A stretch of DNA of 64,000 nt from Patescibacteria group bacterium (GTDB lineage: Bacteria > Patescibacteriota > Gracilibacteria > UBA4473): positions 96,001-160,000 of the forward strand of contig CBFIAK010000001.1 of assembly GCA_965660445.1 (NCBI GenBank). Reading direction: 5' to 3'. Position numbers and translations under genes: made by a program. Within the stretch, counting starts at the first letter, position 1, and every line of letters starts with the position of its first letter. This document shows, piece by piece, positions 10,699 through 19,968 of the stretch. Under the pieces are notes generated by a model. The model did not search any database. It was not told where the DNA came from and saw only the letters and a list, made by a program, of their open reading frames with translations.

Positions 10699-11571
10699 AT
10701 GAAGTATATTATTGGATTTGGTGTGTTCTGTTTTGCAGTTGGTATGTGGATAATGCATATAAACCAACCAAAAGGAGTCATTCGGTTTGAAGAAAACTTA
10801 TTACAATACCAATGGCCAGAAGAGATTGAATTTGCTGGAGAAAAAGTTCCGCTTGATACATTTTACGTACGCGAAGCATGGGAACGTGATTTTATCGTCC
10901 TTCTTGATACTGATTATCAAAGTTTGTTATATCTCAAGCGATCCGGACAATATTTTCCTTTTATAGAAGAAAAACTCAAAGAGGCAGGGCTTCCTGACGA
11001 TCTCAAATATATTGCGGTAGCCGAAAGCGGGTTACGAAACACTGTTGTGAGTCATGCAGGAGCCGCTGGAGTATGGCAATTTATGCCGGCAACAGCTCGC
11101 CAATACGGATTACGAGTAGACGAATATGTAGACGAGCGTCTGCATTTTGAAAAATCCACAGAAGCAGCGATTCGGTATTTAACGTATCTCCATGGTATTT
11201 TTGAAAACTGGACACTCAGTAGTGCTGCATATAACGCGGGTGAAAACCGAATACTTGGACATCTTAATAATCAAGGAGTGACGTCTTATTACGATACATA
11301 TATGAACGATGAAACAGCTCGATATGTTTTCCGTATTATGAGTATAAAACAAGTCATGCAGAATGCCGATGATTACGGATTAGTTCTTACGAATGCTGAT
11401 ATGTTTTCGTTTCCAAAACAAAAAACCGTCAATGCGGAAGAAATAAGCGATTTATCAGTGTGGGCAAGAGAACAAGGAACGAATCTACGTATGATTAAAG
11501 AGCTCAACCCTTGGATTATAGGGTCGTCACTTCCTCTTGGAAACTGGGAGCTCAAAGTTCCTTTATCCTAG
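10699..11571 (+). CDS. Lytic transglycosylase (SLT/MltD-like)
   Basis: AVAESG, SHAGAAGVWQFMPATA, AAYNAGE, ETARYV; start at MKYII signal anchor. Confidence 0.9.
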   Translation: MKYIIGFGVFCFAVGMWIMHINQPKGVIRFEENLLQYQWPEEIEFAGEKVPLDTFYVREAWERDFIVLLDTDYQSLLYLKRSGQYFPFIEEKLKEAGLPDDLKYIAVAESGLRNTVVSHAGAAGVWQFMPATARQYGLRVDEYVDERLHFEKSTEAAIRYLTYLHGIFENWTLSSAAYNAGENRILGHLNNQGVTSYYDTYMNDETARYVFRIMSIKQVMQNADDYGLVLTNADMFSFPKQKTVNAEEISDLSVWAREQGTNLRMIKELNPWIIGSSLPLGNWELKVPLS

Positions 11572-11591
11572 CTATATCTTTATTTTTTCCT

Positions 11592-14255
11592 ATGAAGAAC
11601 TTATCAGATCAACAATGGTACAAATACAACATAAAAGAGGTATTACAAACTCTTGCATCAACGCCCAGTGGTATACTGAGTGTTGAGGTTTTACAAAGAA
11701 GAAAAAAGTATGGAATAAACCAGATATCCGTTCAACAAAAAAACAACGGACTTCGTATTTTCATAAGACAGTTTAAAGATGCTCTCATTCTTCTCTTAAT
11801 TCTGTCGGGGATTGTATCGGTTTTAGTCAACACAGAAAAACCAGCAGAGTCATGGGCTATATTTATTATTGTGTTTATTAATGTGCTTATTGGTTTCTTA
11901 CAAGAATACCGTGCTGAAAAAGCACTTCAAGCACTCTCAAACATGGCGCCTAAAAAATGTATCGTCAAAAGAGACGGACACGAGCAACGTATTGATGTGC
12001 AAGATCTTGTTCCAGGAGACGTTTTAATACTCGAAAGTGGAGATAAAATCGGTGCTGACGCTCGTATTCTTGAATCTGATGAACTGAAAATAGATGAGTC
12101 TGCTTTAACTGGTGAATCGGCTGCAGTTGAAAAATATGAATGTAAATTAAGAGCCCATACGAGTCTTGCTGACAGAAAGAATTCTCTCTATATGGGAACT
12201 CTGGTTCGGAGCGGACGAGCTATAGCAGTGGTTACTGAAATTGGAAATCGGACTGAGTTTGGAAAAATAGCACAATCACTTGGAAAAGTAGAAGAAGAAG
12301 CGACGCCTCTTCAAAAAAAGTTTGCTCACCTAGCACGACAAATCACTTATTTTGCAATGGTTTTGATTGGACTTGTTTTTGTAGTTGGAACGCTTAAATG
12401 GAATGATTCTGTTGGAGAACTTCTTATTTTTGCGTTAGTTTTGGCTGTAGGAACAGTACCAAGCGCTCTTCCTTTAATTGTAACATTTAGTTTATCTATT
12501 GGTGCTCGTCACTTAGCAGAAATAAAACTATTATTACGGAAGTTACCTGCTGCAGAATCTATGGGGTCTGTAGATTTCATTTGTACGGATAAAACAGGAA
12601 CGCTCACCAAAAATGAAATGACGGTGACGCAGGTTTATGTAGGCGGTCAAGATATACCTGTTGACGGACGTGGTTATACAGAGAAAAAGCGGTTTCATAT
12701 AGACACTCCTCGATTACAAGCTGATTTAGAGCAACTCTGTCGTATTGCGATTAATTGCAATAATGCTCATATCGTAGAAAACAAAAACCGGTTTGAGATT
12801 TTAGGAGATGCAATGGAAGGAGCCTTAATTGTGTTTGCTCATAAAACAGGATGGAAAGAAAAAGGAGACCGAAAAAAAGAGTTTCCGTTTGATTCAAGTA
12901 GAAAACGAATGAGCGTGGTGATGAATGATGAACATGTTTTTGTTAAAGGGGCCGCTGAACAACTCTTACCACTTTGCTCGCATATGCAACACGAAGGAGA
13001 AGTGATTCTCATGACAAAAGAACATAAAAAAAAGATACTTGACCAACAAGAAAAATACGGATCTCAGGCACTGCGTGTATTGGGGTTCGCGTATAAAAAG
13101 TCAGGAGCAAGTACAGTAACAGAAGCTGAAAATAATCTTATTTTCTCCGGTCTTGTTGGTATTCAAGACCCACCAAGAGAAGGTGTGTTGCAATCGATTG
13201 CTGAATGTCGAAAAGCGGGTATTCAAGTTATGATGATTACAGGCGATCATTTGGTAACCGCAAAGGCTATTGCTCATCAAATTGAGTTACTTCAACCGCA
13301 TCAGATATGTGTTGAAGGCCGAGTGATTCACAAATGGACAGATGCCGAATTGCGGTCAAAAGTAGAAACCATTGGTGTAATTGCCCGAGCTACCCCAGAA
13401 CTCAAGATGCGTGTTGTAAGTATATTACAACAAAAGAAACACGTTGTGGCAATGACAGGTGACGGAATCAATGATGCTCCCGCGCTTAAAAAAGCTGATG
13501 TTGGGCTTGCCATGGGAATAACTGGAACAGATGTCGCAAAAGAATCGGCAAAAGGAATACTTCTTGATGATAATTTTTCAACGATTGTAAACGCGGTAAA
13601 AGAAGGGCGAAATATTTACGAAAAAATTATTAAATCAGCGAAATATTTACTGTCTTGCAATTTTAGTGAGATATCGACTGTGCTTATTACGATGGTATTT
13701 CTGAATCAGCTTCCACTTCAACCGCTTCAGATCTTAATGATCAATATTCTTACTGATACGGCACCAGCGGCAGGACTGAGTATGGAAAAACAAGAACACG
13801 ACATAATGCATCGCCCACCTCGAAACCAAAGCATTCCACCTATCACAAAAGAAAAACTCTGGATGATATTTCTTTTTGGAGGAATAATGGGAATTTTTAC
13901 AAGTTTTATATTTTGGATTTCAAGACCAGAGGGAATTATTTATGCACAAACAATGGCATTTACAACGCTGGTGATAATGCAGTTATCGGCGGTCACAAGT
14001 ATGCGATCGCATCACGCAAGTCTTCGGAACTTAAATCTGTTTTCTAATCCCGCATTATTGGTTGGTATTTTGTTTTCGATAGGGCTTCAATTGATGGTCA
14101 TTTATATACCATGGGCACAAAACATTATGGGAACCGTTGCCTTGGGGGGTTCCGAATGGATACTCATTGGAAGTATGGGGATTATAAGTTATATTTTGTT
14201 TGAAGTAGGAAAATTTTTCTTGCCAGAATATAAACATGAACCCCAACCCAACTAA
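11592..14255 (+). CDS. Cation-translocating P-type ATPase (P2A-like)
   Basis: DESALTGES, DKTGTLT, MITGD, MTGDGINDAPALK. Confidence 0.93.
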   Translation: MKNLSDQQWYKYNIKEVLQTLASTPSGILSVEVLQRRKKYGINQISVQQKNNGLRIFIRQFKDALILLLILSGIVSVLVNTEKPAESWAIFIIVFINVLIGFLQEYRAEKALQALSNMAPKKCIVKRDGHEQRIDVQDLVPGDVLILESGDKIGADARILESDELKIDESALTGESAAVEKYECKLRAHTSLADRKNSLYMGTLVRSGRAIAVVTEIGNRTEFGKIAQSLGKVEEEATPLQKKFAHLARQITYFAMVLIGLVFVVGTLKWNDSVGELLIFALVLAVGTVPSALPLIVTFSLSIGARHLAEIKLLLRKLPAAESMGSVDFICTDKTGTLTKNEMTVTQVYVGGQDIPVDGRGYTEKKRFHIDTPRLQADLEQLCRIAINCNNAHIVENKNRFEILGDAMEGALIVFAHKTGWKEKGDRKKEFPFDSSRKRMSVVMNDEHVFVKGAAEQLLPLCSHMQHEGEVILMTKEHKKKILDQQEKYGSQALRVLGFAYKKSGASTVTEAENNLIFSGLVGIQDPPREGVLQSIAECRKAGIQVMMITGDHLVTAKAIAHQIELLQPHQICVEGRVIHKWTDAELRSKVETIGVIARATPELKMRVVSILQQKKHVVAMTGDGINDAPALKKADVGLAMGITGTDVAKESAKGILLDDNFSTIVNAVKEGRNIYEKIIKSAKYLLSCNFSEISTVLITMVFLNQLPLQPLQILMINILTDTAPAAGLSMEKQEHDIMHRPPRNQSIPPITKEKLWMIFLFGGIMGIFTSFIFWISRPEGIIYAQTMAFTTLVIMQLSAVTSMRSHHASLRNLNLFSNPALLVGILFSIGLQLMVIYIPWAQNIMGTVALGGSEWILIGSMGIISYILFEVGKFFLPEYKHEPQPN

Positions 14256-14589
14256 TACATTTGTTTTTATAGACAAAGAATGTCCTTTTTGTAGGCGCTG
14301 GAGTTATAGAATATGTTCTTGGCTTGGTGTTGAGAATCAAGTAACTATTATTCCGATTGATTATCGACAAGAATCAAGCAAGGAGGCATTGTGTATGCAA
14401 AAACTCAATTCGTGGGTTGTTCGTAAAGACATAATTCTGTACACAGAATATGCAGCGTTTACACAGCTTGTTTTTATTTCTCGATATGCGTGGACAAAAC
14501 CACTATTATCGAATAGAATAAGCATGGGCATTGGAACTTTTCTTTATCGATTTATTGCTCAAAAAAGAGGTTCTTGTGACCATTCTTGA
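14236..14589 (+). CDS. DCC1-like thiol-disulfide oxidoreductase (DUF393)
   Basis: N-terminal FIDKECPFC (DxxCxxC), C-terminal LYRFIAQKR. Confidence 0.75.
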   Translation: MNPNPTNTFVFIDKECPFCRRWSYRICSWLGVENQVTIIPIDYRQESSKEALCMQKLNSWVVRKDIILYTEYAAFTQLVFISRYAWTKPLLSNRISMGIGTFLYRFIAQKRGSCDHS

Positions 14590-15269
14590 TTATGATTTTT
14601 ATGGAGATATCATTTTTCAGATCAGTCGGTCAAAGATTTTCAAAGTTCAGAGACCATCAACGACAAGAACAAGCTATGAAAAGCTTCAAGGCTGATATGC
14701 TTTCGAGTAATGAATTTATAGCCCTTATTGTTCTTGCTGCTGGAATTGCATCAATGGGGTTACTGAGAAACAATGAACCGGTGGTTATTGGAGCAATGAT
14801 CATTACACCACTTGTCAAACCGTTTGTAGGAATTCCTTTAGCGATCATAACGGGACATTTTGATGTTCTTTGGAAATCAATTATCAGGGCGATTATTGGA
14901 ATAGGACTTTTTTTTGGGACTTCGTTTGGATTTGGAGTTTGGTTTTTATCGGTTCATACAAACCAAGAAGTTGCGATTCGAACTGTGCAGGTAGGGATGG
15001 CAGAAATTATCATTGCTGCGTGTGCGGGGATTGTTGCTGCGTTAGCGTTAGCGTTTGAACGAGTGCATAATCGATTATCAGGAGCAGCGATTGCTCTTTC
15101 AATTGCACCTCCATTGGCTATTTCGGCGATTGATTTATCGCTTGGTCGTACGGAAACATTCGAAAAAGCCTTGCAACTATTCGGACTCAATGTATTGAGC
15201 TTGATGATAGCCAGTTTTGTGATTCTTATTTTGTTTGGGTTTAGAATTCACAGAAAAGAAGAAGTATAG
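14586..15269 (+). CDS. DUF389 family membrane protein
   Basis: IASMGLLRNNEPVVIGAMIITPL, GAAIALSIAPPL. Confidence 0.8.
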   Translation: MIMIFMEISFFRSVGQRFSKFRDHQRQEQAMKSFKADMLSSNEFIALIVLAAGIASMGLLRNNEPVVIGAMIITPLVKPFVGIPLAIITGHFDVLWKSIIRAIIGIGLFFGTSFGFGVWFLSVHTNQEVAIRTVQVGMAEIIIAACAGIVAALALAFERVHNRLSGAAIALSIAPPLAISAIDLSLGRTETFEKALQLFGLNVLSLMIASFVILILFGFRIHRKEEV

Positions 15270-15418
15270 AGTGTTTTTTGAGATCGATTCAGAACATTTT
15301 ATATTTTGTAGTACACTAAAATCTGTGAATACCTCAACAAAACATTCGTTTTTCTATGGAATTTATATTTATCTTATGATTTTATATATAGCAAACCTAC
15401 TATCATCCAACAACCGTT

Positions 15419-16186
15419 ATGTCATATTCTAAAAATATATCAAAGAATCGCATTTGGGAGCTTGATTTGGTTCGTAGTTTTGCCATCATTGGAATGATTA
15501 TATTCCATATATATTACGTACTTGATTACGAAGGAATAAAAAGTTACAACCTATTTCAAGGGACATGGAATACTTTTGGAGATACAATAAGAAACACTTT
15601 TTTTTCTATTGTGGGGGTGAGTTTAGCCTTGTCTTGGCAACGACAAGCTTCAAAAGAAAAACCTATAAAAAACTACTATGTACGACAATTAAAAAGAGCA
15701 TTTTTTCTTCTTCTTATTGGGTTTGCTATAACACTTATAAGTATGAGTGTAACGCCAGATAAGATTATTCGGTTTGGGGTTTTATCTTTTATTGGAACAG
15801 GAATCATTATTGTATTGCCAATTATACGTTCCCCTGTGCTATTGTTCTTCTTTGGATGGAGTGTTCTTGTGCTTGAGGGAGTATTTGGAGACACAGTGTC
15901 TCATCAATCACTTTTGAGTTATATTCTGGGGTTTTATCCTCAGTATGTGCCGAGTATAGACTATTTTCCTATTATTCCTTGGGTCTCATCAATCGCCTTT
16001 GGAGGTTTTTTAGGACATATATTTTTTAAAAATGGAGAAAGAAATTACCCATTTTTATCAAAACCTCCTACATTTTTTATTTTTTTGAATTGGGTAGGTC
16101 GAAATGCTTTGTGGATATATATACTCCATCTTCCTCTTATTGTTTTTTTAATATGGGGATGGGGGCATTTGAATTCTTCCGTTTAA
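15419..16186 (+). CDS. DUF1624 / heparan-alpha-glucosaminide N-acetyltransferase-like membrane protein
   Basis: RIWELDLVRSFAIIGMIIFH, DYFPIIPW, GRNALWIYILH. Confidence 0.85.
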   Translation: MSYSKNISKNRIWELDLVRSFAIIGMIIFHIYYVLDYEGIKSYNLFQGTWNTFGDTIRNTFFSIVGVSLALSWQRQASKEKPIKNYYVRQLKRAFFLLLIGFAITLISMSVTPDKIIRFGVLSFIGTGIIIVLPIIRSPVLLFFFGWSVLVLEGVFGDTVSHQSLLSYILGFYPQYVPSIDYFPIIPWVSSIAFGGFLGHIFFKNGERNYPFLSKPPTFFIFLNWVGRNALWIYILHLPLIVFLIWGWGHLNSSV

Positions 16187-16234
16187 AGAAAATAGACTGA
16201 ATATAAATCCGTCAGCTCCTTTTTTTCGATGTGT

Positions 16235-16359
16235 AAATTTTTTGAGAACCGAGAAATTCGAGGAGCCTAGTGCTGAATCGAGAAAAGCGTACCTCTAAAT
16301 GGTACGCGTTCGAGTGAAGTGCGTAGTGACGAAGAAGTTCGATGTGTTATCGGAAAATT
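16235..16359. repeat. ~125-bp palindromic (REP/RPE-like) element, copy 1
   Basis: AAATTT ends, central GCGTACC-tctaaat-GGTACGC hairpin; shares blocks with 19731-19853. Confidence 0.7.
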
Positions 16360-16385
16360 TGGCTGGGGCGGAGGGATTCGAACCC
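16360..16385 (-). repeat. Duplicated tRNA-Gln 3' end (att-like direct repeat)
   Basis: TGGCTGGGGCGGAGGGATTCGAACCC matches 17304-17329 at 24/26 positions; no upstream tRNA arms. Confidence 0.8.
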
Positions 16386-16496
16386 ATGATAAACACTGAA
16401 TGCAATCCCCATAAGGATCCTTGAGATTCACCGAAGAGGAAATTCGAATATTTTATGTCCTATAGTACATGGGTCTATTTGAACCCTTTTAAAATA

Positions 16497-16525
16497 TTGA
16501 CTTTTCTATAGAAATTCTATAGAAT
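16497..16525 (+). promoter_or_regulatory. sigma70 promoter overlapped by palindromic operator
   Basis: TTGACT-17 nt-TAGAAT, with TTCTATAGAA repeated twice across the spacer and -10. Confidence 0.75.
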
Positions 16526-16551
16526 AAATACAAATAAATAATAACTGAAAA

Positions 16552-16791
16552 ATGAATTCCACTATCATGGTTCACAAATCGGTGAAAGATCTTGCTGCAC
16601 AAAAAGCGAAAGCAGAAGGTCTTAGCTTGAGTACGGTTGCTCGATTTCTTCTTCAGGGATACGCAGAAGGCAAATTAAATATCGGTCTTGTAATTGAAGA
16701 TTCAGAAATACATCGAGTTTCACTGGATTCAGCAACACAAAAAACACTGGATGATTCTGTGAAAAAATGGCGTCATAAATTTGCCCAATAA
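16552..16791 (+). CDS. Putative RHH (RelB/DinJ-like) antitoxin
   Basis: 79 aa; N-terminal beta strand then K..A...A...GLSLSTVARFLL helix pattern; first gene of an abutting pair. Confidence 0.65.
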   Translation: MNSTIMVHKSVKDLAAQKAKAEGLSLSTVARFLLQGYAEGKLNIGLVIEDSEIHRVSLDSATQKTLDDSVKKWRHKFAQ

Positions 16792-17154
16792 ATGAAACGT
16801 ATTGTTTTTGCTCGTCAAATACTAAAGAAAGAAAAAATAACTCAAAAGGATATTGAGGTGATTTTGAAAATTGGTGGGAAAGATATTTTTCAACGAATTA
16901 AAGGCGAAAATTTGCCGACGGAATCCAGTTTGATAAAAATATATGCGACAACTATTGAAGGAGCTCGTCGATTAGTCTTGATTCTTGATGAATCGATTCA
17001 GGTGGGACATTTTCTCTTCTACCGAAAAAAAGAAGATCCGATTGGAAAAAATATCAGTATAAAAAATCCAGAATTCAAGAAAGCATTACAACAATATTTG
17101 AAACTTTGGGATGAGGATATGGAGAAAGATAATTTTGAAATTGTGGAATTATAA
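16792..17154 (+). CDS. Putative toxin (RelE-like size and charge)
   Basis: 120 aa, lysine-rich, GARRLVLI..FYRKK; starts immediately after the antitoxin stop. Confidence 0.5.
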   Translation: MKRIVFARQILKKEKITQKDIEVILKIGGKDIFQRIKGENLPTESSLIKIYATTIEGARRLVLILDESIQVGHFLFYRKKEDPIGKNISIKNPEFKKALQQYLKLWDEDMEKDNFEIVEL

Positions 17155-17303
17155 GCTTGCACTTAGTGCCCCTTCGCCATAGGTACATGGGTCTATCAGA
17201 ATTCTTTTTGACCGATCCAACCCCACAAAGCATACAAAAAAAACGGGTCTAGTACCCATTGAATCTTCTGTATGTCGGTCACAATGCACCTTAGTGCAGG
17301 TGT

Positions 17304-17378
17304 TGGCTGGGGATGAGGGATTCGAACCCCCGAATGGTGGGACCAGAACCCACTGCCTTACCACTTGGCTAATCCCCA
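17304..17378 (-). tRNA. tRNA-Gln(CTG)
   Basis: Reverse complement TGGGGATTAGCCAAGTGGTAAGGCAGTGGGTTCTGGTCCCACCATTCGGGGGTTCGAATCCCTCATCCCCAGCCA; cloverleaf, encoded CCA. Confidence 0.96.
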
Positions 17379-17467
17379 AAGTCTGAAAATATATTAAGAA
17401 GTCAGTTCTATTGGTCAAGTGATTTCTCAATGTATTGATTTTTAAAAAAGCTCTTGTATTATAGATA

Positions 17468-17950
17468 TTGATGAAGAAATTTATTGGTGTTTTGGCAACA
17501 ATAGGATGTGTATGGTTTGTAGGAAACGAACTATTCGGAACAGCGTCTTTGTTTCAGAAAGCAGAAACAATGCCATCGTTTATAACTGTTCAAACCCTTT
17601 CCCAAGCTATTGTACTTGATTCGGTCGAAAAAACAGGGCTTTCAAGTCGTTATAGCTACACTCCTGAAAAAATACATACACTCATTCAAGCTCGAAGCAT
17701 TGATATACCAGAAACAAATACATATCTTTATTTGTACTGTTTCGAGAGTAACTCTGCGCAATCACCAAAATCAAGTATGATTACACTTGCACTCCACAAA
17801 ACAAACGCACATGTCTTTGGAAAAGGGAGTGATCGATTTATGCAACTTCTTCCCGATATTGAGGCGTTGCCTTCCCAAGGAAGAAATAAAGACACTGTTC
17901 AAGAAATCCTTGATATTCAGCCAGAAACAGGGACTTGTTTTGAGATTTAA
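17468..17950 (+). CDS. Hypothetical secreted or membrane-anchored protein
   Basis: N-terminal signal-like sequence MKKFIGVLATIG. Confidence 0.6.
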   Translation: MMKKFIGVLATIGCVWFVGNELFGTASLFQKAETMPSFITVQTLSQAIVLDSVEKTGLSSRYSYTPEKIHTLIQARSIDIPETNTYLYLYCFESNSAQSPKSSMITLALHKTNAHVFGKGSDRFMQLLPDIEALPSQGRNKDTVQEILDIQPETGTCFEI

Positions 17951-17956
17951 GACTTT

Positions 17957-18574
17957 TTATCGGCGGTAATAGGTGTGCAATACACTTTTACCAAGAAATT
18001 TTCCCATACTGTTGATCATTAAATGCCCCGGAGTCCATTCGGGAATACTTTCTGTAAAAACTTTCTCAACAGCCCATACTTCAAATACAAAATTCGTTCT
18101 TTCTCCTACCTCAGGACAAGGCCCTCGGTATCCATAACTACCAAATTCATTGATACCAGCAGTAACTCCATCAAGATCAGTCTCATGGTCTATAAATGTT
18201 GTATCAGGGGGGATGTTCCAAAGTGACCAATGGACATCTTTTTGCCCGATTTCATTGATACTACTCAGAGTCATAATAAGCGATTGTGTTCCTTGTGGTA
18301 TATTCTGAATCGTTAATGGAGGAATAATGTTTTCTCCGTCACAAGTGTATTGAGCAGGAAACACTGACTCATCTTCAAACGCAGTACTGGTGAGTTGTAA
18401 ATCAGATTCTGGTACATCGGATGTAATAGCCATCTTTTTTTCGTCTCCCTGAATAGTTGTTTTTACTTGATCAGGAGATATTTCAACAGAAGTATTCGCG
18501 TCTGGTTCAGGAGAGTTTGGTTCTCCACATCCCCAGAGAAGTAAGCTGATAAGAGGTATTATAAAGATTTTCAT
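17957..18574 (-). CDS. YbhB/YbcL (PEBP) family lipoprotein
   Basis: Lipobox LWGC; LTSTAF..YTCDGENIIPPL, HWSLWNIP, GYRGPCP. Confidence 0.88.
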   Translation of the reverse strand: MKIFIIPLISLLLWGCGEPNSPEPDANTSVEISPDQVKTTIQGDEKKMAITSDVPESDLQLTSTAFEDESVFPAQYTCDGENIIPPLTIQNIPQGTQSLIMTLSSINEIGQKDVHWSLWNIPPDTTFIDHETDLDGVTAGINEFGSYGYRGPCPEVGERTNFVFEVWAVEKVFTESIPEWTPGHLMINSMGKFLGKSVLHTYYRR

Positions 18575-18655
18575 GCTTCAAAACCCTACAAAGAAAACCT
18601 CATTTCGTCAAGAAAACTCGTTTGCGTGTTTGTAACCAGTATTTATAATAAAGAC

Positions 18656-19555
18656 ATGAAGCTCTATTCAATCGGTTTTGTTTTCGTGGGACTTTTTTTG
18701 AGTGGGTGTATGAACCCTGTTCATGAAACAATTCCGAAGCAAACAATTGATCCTCAAAAAACAGTTGTTCGTGGGAGTTGTGATGCTCGTGAAGAAAACA
18801 GTACGTGTATCGATTTTCTGGGAACTTCGTGGGACGAAAAAGATACGCAAGAACTTTGTCAGATGGGAGTATGGTCTCATACGCCTTGTTCAGCTACCGC
18901 CGTTGGGGGATGCGCAACGAGTAACCACAAAGAAGCGGGGATTATTATTTGGTACTACAGTGATGGAGAATCTGGGTATACAGGTGATGATCTCGGGTTC
19001 GCAAAACGAGCTTGTAGCGACGAAACACAAACATCTCAGTGGATTGAAGGGGTTCCTCAAATAATAGAAGCAGAAGAAGAACCAGAAGAAAACACTGAAA
19101 ACACAACACCAGAAGAAAACACCGCTTCATCTGATACAGAAACAATTACTGAAACCATTGATGAAACTCAACCAACAAGCCCTGTGCTTGAATCAACCAC
19201 CGATGAACGGATTGAAGTAGAGTTTCCACAAGCCAACGATACGATCTCAAACCCAGTTATAATTACAGGAAAGGCTCGTGGCGGATGGTTTTTTGAAGCA
19301 ACGTTTCCGATTGATATTGTAAACTGGAATGGACTTATTGTTGGCGAAGGATTCGCACAAGCACAAGGTGAATGGATGACGGAAGAATTTGTGCCATTTG
19401 AAGCAACGGTCTCATACGATATTGATCCGCAAACTCCTTATTCTCATGGATGGATTATTCTCAACCGACATAATGCATCTGGACTTCCAGAACACGCGGC
19501 GGCTATTGAAATTCCTGTTGTTTTTGAAAGTTTAGTGACCGAATCAGAAAAATAA
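18656..19555 (+). CDS. Lipoprotein: Cys-rich N-domain, acidic linker, C-terminal Gmad2-like Ig domain
   Basis: Lipobox LSGC; ITGKARGGWFFEATFPI..WMTEEFVPF..NASGLPE. Confidence 0.75.
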   Translation: MKLYSIGFVFVGLFLSGCMNPVHETIPKQTIDPQKTVVRGSCDAREENSTCIDFLGTSWDEKDTQELCQMGVWSHTPCSATAVGGCATSNHKEAGIIIWYYSDGESGYTGDDLGFAKRACSDETQTSQWIEGVPQIIEAEEEPEENTENTTPEENTASSDTETITETIDETQPTSPVLESTTDERIEVEFPQANDTISNPVIITGKARGGWFFEATFPIDIVNWNGLIVGEGFAQAQGEWMTEEFVPFEATVSYDIDPQTPYSHGWIILNRHNASGLPEHAAAIEIPVVFESLVTESEK

Positions 19556-19599
19556 CTTGACCATTTCTTTCGGATTCTTAAGATAAACAAGCTTATTTC

Positions 19600-19674
19600 T
19601 GGGGATTAGCCAAGTGGTAAGGCACCGGGTTTTGGTCCCGGCATTCGGGGGTTCGAATCCCTCATCCCCAGCCA
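19600..19674 (+). tRNA. tRNA-Gln(TTG)
   Basis: TGGGGATTAGCCAAGTGGTAAGGCACCGGGTTTTGGTCCCGGCATTCGGGGGTTCGAATCCCTCATCCCCAGCCA. Confidence 0.96.
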
Positions 19675-19730
19675 GTTAGGTCTAGTACATAAAGTCAAGG
19701 CAATAGATACTAGACCCTAAGACGCAGCCA

Positions 19731-19853
19731 AAATTTTCAATATGCGTCGGATAACTTTGTCGCTACGATTTTCGCTTGCTCATGTACCATTGAGAGGTAC
19801 ATTCGCTTCGTCTCAAATCTAAGCTCCTCATTCTCCTTGCATCTTGAAAATTT
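19731..19853. repeat. ~125-bp palindromic (REP/RPE-like) element, copy 2
   Basis: AAATTTTCAA...TTGAAAATTT ends, central ATGTACC-attgaga-GGTACAT hairpin; preceded by CAGCCA. Confidence 0.7.
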
Positions 19854-19886
19854 ACACGTTGAGACGAAAGACTTAAGCCCGAAATT

Positions 19887-19942
19887 CCCAGCCACATTTC
19901 CCAATAACACATCGAACTTGTTCCTATGTGCTTCACTTGAGC
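19887..19942 (+). repeat. tRNA-end remnant CCCAGCCA plus truncated third copy of the palindromic element
   Basis: CCCAGCCAcatttcccaATAACACATCGAACTT matches the reverse complement of copy 1. Confidence 0.6.
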
Positions 19943-19968
19943 GAAGCAGTATTTTAAGAGAACCACAC

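Noticed and set aside
16360-16440. Third complete or intron-split tRNA
   Set aside because: Only part of the T-arm and the acceptor 3' strand are present; no D or anticodon arm found upstream
17149-17430. 93-aa minus-strand ORF (also ORFs 19737-20051 and 47353-47553)
   Set aside because: They overlap tRNA, palindromic repeats or 16S rRNA; shadow ORFs
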